A stretch of DNA of 14,070 nt from NCBI GenBank assembly GCA_031372065.1, contig JANMKN010000164.1:1-14070 (forward strand), read 5' to 3'. The notes below the pieces were generated by a model, which ran no database searches, was not told where the DNA came from, and saw only the letters and a list, made by a program, of their open reading frames with translations. Within the stretch, counting starts at the first letter, position 1; every line of letters begins with the position of its first letter. The DNA comes from Abditibacteriaceae bacterium. GTDB lineage: Bacteria; Armatimonadota; Abditibacteriia; Abditibacteriales; Abditibacteriaceae. Positions 8,776-14,070 of this stretch are shown one piece after another. Both the position numbers and the translations under genes were made by a program.

Positions 8776-10965
8776 TTAAATATCATTGTGTTTGCGAATA
8801 AATTCATAGAGCGACTTGGTAAGATTTTTTGCCTCTTTACTCATCGTGTCCCATTTGATGTGTGGTATCACCGATTCGCAAAGGCGCGTTTTCTTGCCGG
8901 AGATTAATGTTCCGCTGTCTGCAATCCAACCATCAGGGCAATAATCGGGATATTTTTCAAATAGGAAACTCCCTAATCGTGTGTTTTTGTAGTCCGCTTG
9001 CGTAAACGAAACCGCTGGCAGTGAATCCTTGCCAAAGAATTTAGGCAAGCATCGTTGCAGTTCCGTTGGGGACAGCAAGTTTTCGATTTCGATGCACGGC
9101 GTTACATAATACACAAAATTACCTCGATTCTTTGCCAGATTTTTCAGATCATCATGTTTTCTTTGTTTCTTTTCGTCACAATCAGCAAGGAGGAAAATGC
9201 GATTGGACAGTGCGCTACTCTCGATTCGCCCTAATACTTCTTTCTTACCCTGTTCATATAATTCGGCTTCTGGCGTTCCTCTTCGTGGAATTGCGCCCAT
9301 GAAGTAATGAGAGAGGTTTGAACCTGCATATTCCCAAAACGCAAAATGCGTGTCTTCACGCATTGTTTTCAACTTAAATTCATCGCTGGTTTGATAGGCA
9401 TCCAAATATGCGCGGAGATATTGACGGTCTGTGATGCCTTCAACCCAAATTCCACATTGGGCCAACAATACCGAAGCGTTTTGGACTCCTAATAAGGCAA
9501 GGGCATCGTGATATTCGCTGACCAATGGGCGAATTAAAAAATGATCCTTTTGCGCTTCTCGGTGCTGAAATGCAAAGACCGATATGTCTTTGGCTGCGAT
9601 GGTGCCATCGCGCAATGTCATACGGAGCAGATGGTTAGAATGCGTTGTGAAAAAGACCCGTAAATTACGCTTTTGAAGTGCTTCGTTTTCGATTAATGTT
9701 TGCAAAAAGACACGCTGCAAACCGGGATGCAAATTAAGTTCAGGCTCTTCAATAAAAATCCAACTCCCCGGCTCGGCCATGAACAATTGATAAAGCAAAA
9801 TAACCAGTGTGTTGATGCCATCGCCTAAATGATGTAACTCGCGAGCTGTTTCTCCTTCTCCGTCAACTCGTAAGCAAATATGTTCACCTTGGTCATTCGC
9901 ATACTTAGGAGAACGAGCAACAATTTCTACTTTTCGCCCCTCGTAAAAAGAATCTCCAAGAAATTTCTCAAAATCGCGAAAACGATCAATAATTTTCCAA
10001 TCCCCTCTAATGTCGTCCGCAATTGTGTCGTAGAGCCGGTTGCCTGTAAATATTTGGAGGTCGGATTCTTCGAGTTTGTAATTTCGCTTAACCGTTTCCT
10101 CGAAAATATCATAAGTGAGACGTTTCCCCTCTGTGTCCCGCAGGCTAACAGCGGAACGGAGAACAGGGATGTAATAGCGTTTTGGCGGTTGGATAGCGAG
10201 GAGAGTTTCTGATTGATTAAGAATATCAAACGCATCCCAAAAATCAAGAAAGGCTTGCTTCCATGTGTCGTTTGCATTTTTATATTTCCACGAAAACTGA
10301 CGAAGATTAGCTGAAACGCTCTGGTTTTCACCAACTAAGTTCGTATCAAAGTGAGCGGAGACGTATCTGTTTTTGGTTTGTATCATTTTAGCTAATCCCT
10401 TGATAAGGTTTCTTAGCCAAAGTGCTTCTTGTTGAAACTGAATTTGGCTAATGAAATGGCCTTTTGGGATAGAAATAAGTTTTTGATTTAGAAAAACCAG
10501 TAGATTAGAGGATATTCCCTTAAAATAGTCGGAATCAAAAGTGACGTCAAAAGAGACATTCGGATTTATTCCTTCAAACGCCTCACGAACCCAATCCGGC
10601 ATATGTGTATAGACCGTCAGACCACCCGTATAATTATTTCCCTCTTGGGCGACATGAAAGTTAAGGCTCGCAGATGACTTTGCCATAAAATCTGAGAGTT
10701 CTATAACTCGCCAGATTTGGGAATGTATTTCGTGAGTGAGGAACTGGAAGCTTTCACACTTTGCCAAAGTGCGCAAAAAGCGACTTTTTCCGGCATTGGT
10801 TGCACCAACAAAGATATTGATTTTTCCTAAAGGCCCAAAGGCAATAATCGGGTTTTCTTCAGGAAGTTCGGCACTTTCATCTTCGGCAACAGGTTGGATG
10901 GCATACGCAGAGATGCCTTCGTCGAAATTGCTAAGGGTTTGAATATAAGGGTAGTCTTGAGTCAT
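8776..10965 (-). CDS. OLD-family ATP-dependent nuclease-like protein (ABC/AAA_15-21 ATPase plus TOPRIM)
   Basis: Walker A INIFVGATNAGKS; degenerate signature LGDG; Walker B/D-loop IFIEEPELNLHPGLQR; H-loop FFTTHS; TOPRIM WVEGITD, DxD (LADCD) and EIENLL. Visibly AT-richer than the flanking genes. Confidence 0.85.
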   Translation of the reverse strand: MTQDYPYIQTLSNFDEGISAYAIQPVAEDESAELPEENPIIAFGPLGKINIFVGATNAGKSRFLRTLAKCESFQFLTHEIHSQIWRVIELSDFMAKSSASLNFHVAQEGNNYTGGLTVYTHMPDWVREAFEGINPNVSFDVTFDSDYFKGISSNLLVFLNQKLISIPKGHFISQIQFQQEALWLRNLIKGLAKMIQTKNRYVSAHFDTNLVGENQSVSANLRQFSWKYKNANDTWKQAFLDFWDAFDILNQSETLLAIQPPKRYYIPVLRSAVSLRDTEGKRLTYDIFEETVKRNYKLEESDLQIFTGNRLYDTIADDIRGDWKIIDRFRDFEKFLGDSFYEGRKVEIVARSPKYANDQGEHICLRVDGEGETARELHHLGDGINTLVILLYQLFMAEPGSWIFIEEPELNLHPGLQRVFLQTLIENEALQKRNLRVFFTTHSNHLLRMTLRDGTIAAKDISVFAFQHREAQKDHFLIRPLVSEYHDALALLGVQNASVLLAQCGIWVEGITDRQYLRAYLDAYQTSDEFKLKTMREDTHFAFWEYAGSNLSHYFMGAIPRRGTPEAELYEQGKKEVLGRIESSALSNRIFLLADCDEKKQRKHDDLKNLAKNRGNFVYYVTPCIEIENLLSPTELQRCLPKFFGKDSLPAVSFTQADYKNTRLGSFLFEKYPDYCPDGWIADSGTLISGKKTRLCESVIPHIKWDTMSKEAKNLTKSLYEFIRKHNDI

Positions 10966-11008
10966 AGATTGATTTTAACCTTAATTTCTTTGTGCGATTA
11001 TTCTGACC

Positions 11009-11059
11009 AAAATAGGTTTGGCGAAAACTGGTTTTCACTGTTTTCGACAAACCTATTTT
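11009..11059. terminator. Long hairpin between the 242-aa gene and the OLD-like gene (probable terminator)
   Basis: 20-bp arms aaaataggtttggcgaaaac (11009-11028) and gttttcgacaaacctatttt (11040-11059), one mismatch, 11-nt loop. Confidence 0.6.
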
Positions 11060-11074
11060 CACTTTTTCACTACA

Positions 11075-11803
11075 TTACGGTCTAAATGGTCTATCCGGCG
11101 GGAGGAGGAAAACGCGGCGGACGGCGGCGTTTTTCTTGTCGGTGTAGGGCCACAATGCGTCGGCGGCGAGTTGGATGTCTATGCGCACTTTGATGATTTC
11201 TTTAATCATCTTGTCGCGGTCGGTGCGCTGCGAAGTGGCGTCGCTTTGGGCGGTGCCTTGCGTTTCGTCGGCGGCCATCCATGCGTCGAAGTTGGCTTGC
11301 ACACCCGCGATGAAGAGGTCATCTATGCCGGGCAAATCGTCGCCACCAGCGGTTTCGAGAAGCGCGGGAATGGTGATTTCCAAGGTCGCGCGGCTCGCTT
11401 CGCTTAAGTTCTGATTCACGGCATAGTCGTCCAGCGCTTCTTTGTCGTCGCGATGCTTGCGAATCGCTTCGCTTTGGATGTTTTGCACACCGGCCAACAT
11501 CGCTTTTTTAGCGGCGAGTTCGGTTTTCGTCGCGGTTTTGCGCGAGCGGGTGCTTTTGGCAGCACTTTGGGCGGTGCTGCTACAGGTCTTGATCTTGGTG
11601 AGTGTGGTTTCCACCAGCGTCGTCGTCACATTGCGCTCGGCCATTTTGGTGGCGTAGACGCTTCTTTTGGCGGCACGGCAGATTTTTCCGGCCTTTTCCA
11701 GTTCTTGCAACTGTTTTTGGTTCAGTTGCGACTTGGGCTTTTTTGCGGTGCCTGTCGCCTTAGCAGGCGCATTACCACTTTCCGTGGATGGCATGTTATG
11801 CAT
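11075..11803 (-). CDS. Hypothetical all-helical protein with apparent internal duplication (242 aa)
   Basis: Strong SD AGGAGG 5 nt before the ATG; codon usage like host genes; Ala/Lys/Thr-rich amphipathic helices; no recognisable catalytic motif. Confidence 0.8.
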   Translation of the reverse strand: MHNMPSTESGNAPAKATGTAKKPKSQLNQKQLQELEKAGKICRAAKRSVYATKMAERNVTTTLVETTLTKIKTCSSTAQSAAKSTRSRKTATKTELAAKKAMLAGVQNIQSEAIRKHRDDKEALDDYAVNQNLSEASRATLEITIPALLETAGGDDLPGIDDLFIAGVQANFDAWMAADETQGTAQSDATSQRTDRDKMIKEIIKVRIDIQLAADALWPYTDKKNAAVRRVFLLPPDRPFRP

Positions 11804-11850
11804 ACATTCCTCCTGTAAAATAGAACAACAAAAGGGGTAACTACAGCTTG

Positions 11851-11881
11851 ATTATACATCGTTTTTGAACGGTATTGACAA
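11851..11881 (-). promoter_or_regulatory. Putative sigma70 promoter of the 242-aa gene
   Basis: Minus strand reads TTGTCA-19 nt-TATAAT (perfect -10, long spacer), about 47 nt upstream of the ATG. Confidence 0.4.
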
Positions 11882-11918
11882 GATAGAGAACGCGGAAAAT
11901 CACTTTTTTTACACGCAG

Positions 11919-12128
11919 AACAGCATTTCACAGCCGAAGGACAGCATTTCACAACCGGAGAACAACATTTCACAGTCGGAAGGTATCATTTCACAGTCGG
12001 AAGACAACATTTCACAGTCGGAAGACAACATTTCACAGCCGGAAGACAACATTTCACAGCCGGAAGACAACATTTCACAGCCGGAAGACAACATTTCACA
12101 GCCGGAAGACAACATTTCACGGGCGGCA
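11919..12128. repeat. 21-bp tandem repeat array, 10 clear units (consensus gacaacatttcacagccggaa)
   Basis: CATTTCAC at 11924, 11945, 11966, 11987, 12008, 12029, 12050, 12071, 12092, 12113. The four copies in 12024-12107 are identical. Two further degenerate in-register units occupy 11877-11918. Confidence 0.95.
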
Positions 12129-12174
12129 ATCGCGATAGGGTTCTTTGGAACACGAGAATCGCATAAACAACGGC

Positions 12175-12219
12175 AAAAACAAAGCGCCGCTTCCAAAAGG
12201 AAAGCGGCGTTTTGTTTTT
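12175..12219 (-). terminator. Intrinsic terminator after the AhpD-like gene
   Basis: aaaaacaaagcgccgcttcc-aaaa-ggaaagcggcgttttgttttt, a near-perfect inverted repeat with T-rich tails, starting at the stop codon. Confidence 0.8.
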
Positions 12220-12796
12220 ATTCCCGTCCGACGCCCAAACCATCGGCGACGCGGTTGATGTAGTTGAAAAAGGAGGCGATGAGGTTGATTTGCAAAATTG
12301 CGGTGTCATCGAAGCCGTGCGTGCGCAGGTTTTCGAGGTCATCGCGGCCCACCGAGGCCGGGCGCAGCGTTAGTTTCTCGACATAATCCAGCATGGCGCG
12401 TTCGGCGTCGGTGATGGGCGCGCTTTTCCAATTTTTCTTAATAGCGGCGGCGAGTTCTTCATCCAAAGTGGCGATACGCAGAAACTCTGCGTGCGATTCC
12501 ACTCAATAAAAGCAGCGGTTAAGCGCCGAAACGGTGGCGGCGATCATTTCGTGTTGACGCCGCGACAGGGGCAAATCGGGACTCATCATGGCGCCGAACG
12601 CGGAAAAGGCATGGCGCATCGCATCGGGAATCAGCGAATGCGAAAGCACAATGCTATCGTTGGCGACAAGTTCGGGCACGCGCATTTGCGCTTGGCCTTC
12701 GGGCGTGTATTCTTTGGGATACAGGTCGGCTTGCCCGCTTAAAGCCGCCGCCACTTCGGGCGATTCGCGCGGCGAAATTGTCTTGATCCAAGTCAT
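12218..12796 (-). CDS. AhpD/carboxymuconolactone-decarboxylase-family peroxidase-like protein with in-frame TGA (probable selenoprotein, CxxU), 192 aa
   Basis: ATG 12796 with SD AAAGGA. 97 codons ending LSRRQHEMIAATVSALNRCFY, TGA at 12505-12503, then the same frame continues VESHAEFLR...ERAMLDYVEKLT...LRTHGFDD...FNYINRVADGLG. This reconstitutes the AhpD motif E-x5-VS-x2-N-x-C-x-Y-[C/U]-x3-H. Confidence 0.85.
12467..12502 (-). promoter_or_regulatory. Candidate bacterial SECIS element
   Basis: mRNA: UGA GUGGAAUCGC ACGCAGA-GUU-UCUGCGU AUCGCCACU. Perfect 7-bp upper stem, apical loop beginning GU 17 nt after the UGA, lower stem AGUGG/CCACU. Confidence 0.7.
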
Positions 12797-12808
12797 GATG
12801 TTCCTTTC

Positions 12809-12927
12809 AGAATAGCCGCTAATCCTGCGGATGCACAAAAACGGAGGCAAAAACGACGCTACTTTTAGCGGAAATAGCGCCGTTTTTACGCTGTTTTTGC
12901 GTCCGCGCAGCGGATAGCGGCTATTCT
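12809..12927. repeat. 119-nt imperfect palindrome in the SBP-AhpD intergenic region
   Basis: Paired segments: agaatagccgcta/tagcggctattct (13 bp, perfect), ctgcg/cgcag, ggatgc..aaaaacgg/ctgtttttgcgtcc, aaaaacgacgcta/tagcgccgttttt. Confidence 0.8.
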
Positions 12928-12938
12928 CAGACGGTTTC

Positions 12939-14009
12939 TTAGGATTTGCTTTCGGGAATGGTTTTCTCGTCAATCGGTGCCGGTTTAATGTTGGTGGGAA
13001 TAAACTCGCGATCAACAATCTCTTTGGCGTCAAGTGGTTTGGCTAACACGCCGACTTTGAGCGCCATATCCGCGATTTTTTGCATTTCGTCGTCGCTGGG
13101 CGTGAGCATTCGATAGCTGACACGATTCTTGGGCGTCGTAAGAACATAGCGCACCACTTTTTCTTTTTGGCGGAAGTAAGGCGAAACCAATTTGGCCGCT
13201 TCCAAGCGATGCGTTTCGGCCCATTCGCCGCTTTCGGCGATGCCGCGCACCAAATCTTTGACGGTTTCAGGATGTTCGTTAATCAAATCTTCGGTGACCA
13301 CCAGCACACAGGAAATAAAATGCGGCCAGATGTCTTTCGCCATGTAAAGCACGCGGCCTGTGCCGTCGAGTTCGGCTTTGGCGGCGTGCGGTTCGCCGAC
13401 GAAATACGCATCAATGGCGCCCGCCGCCAAAGCGCCCGGCATATCGGGTGGCGGCAAAATCTGGAAGTTGATTTCGTTTTCTTTCACGCCTTGTTCGTCC
13501 ATCAACTTGCGAATGACCAAGTATTGATTGCTGGCTTTGCTGGGAATCGCGAACTTTTTGCCGCGCAGGTCGCGCAATGATTTGGCGGTGCTGGATTTCT
13601 TGACCATCACCGTCGAACCGTCGCGATGACCGAGATAAACGATTTTGACTTTGACGCCTTGTTCGCGGATTTTCATCGCCAGCGGCGCGATCATGAAACT
13701 GGCTTGTAAGCGCCCGCTTTTGATATTGTCCACCACATCGGGGAAATTGGTAAAGCGCTTCGAGATGAAGTGCGCGCCGGTTGTCGTGGTTTTAGTCGAA
13801 AAGTCCGTAACCGGGCAGGTTAAATGACAAGTGACCGGCAAAAAACCAACTTCGAGCGTTTTTAAGGCAGTTTTTCCGCTGCCATCGGGCGCGGTTGTGG
13901 CAGCAGGCACTGCATCTGGCTTGTCGCTGACTTGGTTGCGCAAAACGCCCAGCACAACAATGACGCCAAGCACACCACCGACCACTCCAAATAATGACGA
14001 TTTTTTCAT
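12939..14009 (-). CDS. ABC transporter substrate-binding protein (NrtA/SsuA/TauA, NMT1-like)
   Basis: N-terminal hydrophobic anchor; LEVGFLPVTC; SLRDLRGKKFAIP; PPDMPGALAAGAIDAYFVGEP; IWPHFISCVLVV. SD AAGGA upstream. Confidence 0.9.
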   Translation of the reverse strand: MKKSSLFGVVGGVLGVIVVLGVLRNQVSDKPDAVPAATTAPDGSGKTALKTLEVGFLPVTCHLTCPVTDFSTKTTTTGAHFISKRFTNFPDVVDNIKSGRLQASFMIAPLAMKIREQGVKVKIVYLGHRDGSTVMVKKSSTAKSLRDLRGKKFAIPSKASNQYLVIRKLMDEQGVKENEINFQILPPPDMPGALAAGAIDAYFVGEPHAAKAELDGTGRVLYMAKDIWPHFISCVLVVTEDLINEHPETVKDLVRGIAESGEWAETHRLEAAKLVSPYFRQKEKVVRYVLTTPKNRVSYRMLTPSDDEMQKIADMALKVGVLAKPLDAKEIVDREFIPTNIKPAPIDEKTIPESKS

Positions 14010-14026
14010 AGTTTTCCTTTTTGATT

Positions 14027-14070
14027 CCCCTCACCCCGGCCCTCTCCCCCAATTCGCTTCGCGGGGAGAG
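14027..14070 (+). repeat. BoxC-like / CCCTCTCCC...GGGAGAGGG intergenic repeat, truncated by the window edge
   Basis: cccctcaccccggccctctccccc...ggggagag matches the widespread C-rich leader plus hairpin pattern CCCCTCACCCCnnCCCTCTCCC-Nx-GGGAGAGGG. Confidence 0.7.

Noticed and set aside
8776..10965. Gabija, PARIS or retron assignment
   Set aside because: No UvrD-like GajB, separate AriB or reverse transcriptase gene is adjacent.
11919..12128. CRISPR array
   Set aside because: Units are contiguous 21-mers with no unique spacers, and no cas genes are present in the window.
11865..12342. ORFs across the tandem array (SQPEDNI, CEMLSSG and VKCCLPA repeats)
   Set aside because: A stop-free 21-mer opens several frames automatically. 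None has a convincing SD, and they overlap a terminator or neighbouring genes.
12218..12796. Pseudogene, or two separate genes
   Set aside because: The stop falls exactly on the catalytic Cys position, is TGA, is followed by a SECIS-like stem, and there is no other sign of decay. Not fully excluded.
12797..13033. N-terminal extension of the 176-aa ORF
   Set aside because: It overlaps the SBP 3' end and the palindrome. The AhpD-like sequence and SD start at ATG 12796.

Overview
Bacterial chromosomal window. From left to right: aconitase acnA (minus strand) with a REP/REPIN-like inverted repeat in its leader; a small membrane-protein ORF; a degenerate 21-bp-periodic array; a plus-strand operon (exported arylsulfatase, Asp-box/sialidase-like protein with a LamG-like tail, DUF1345 membrane protein); and a convergent, AT-richer minus-strand block (OLD-family ABC-ATPase/TOPRIM protein, JAB/MPN-like protein, and a 59-aa ORF missing from the ORF track). 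Next come a 242-aa helical hypothetical gene with a second 21-bp tandem array directly upstream; an AhpD/CMD-family gene split by an in-frame TGA at its CxxC motif and followed by a bacterial SECIS-like hairpin (a probable CxxU selenoprotein); a 119-nt palindrome; an NrtA/SsuA-type ABC substrate-binding protein; and a truncated BoxC-like repeat. The strongest novelty candidates are the UGA-recoded AhpD gene, the OLD+JAB+peptide putative defence module, and the two phase-related 21-bp arrays. All calls come from reading motifs by eye; no database searches were run.
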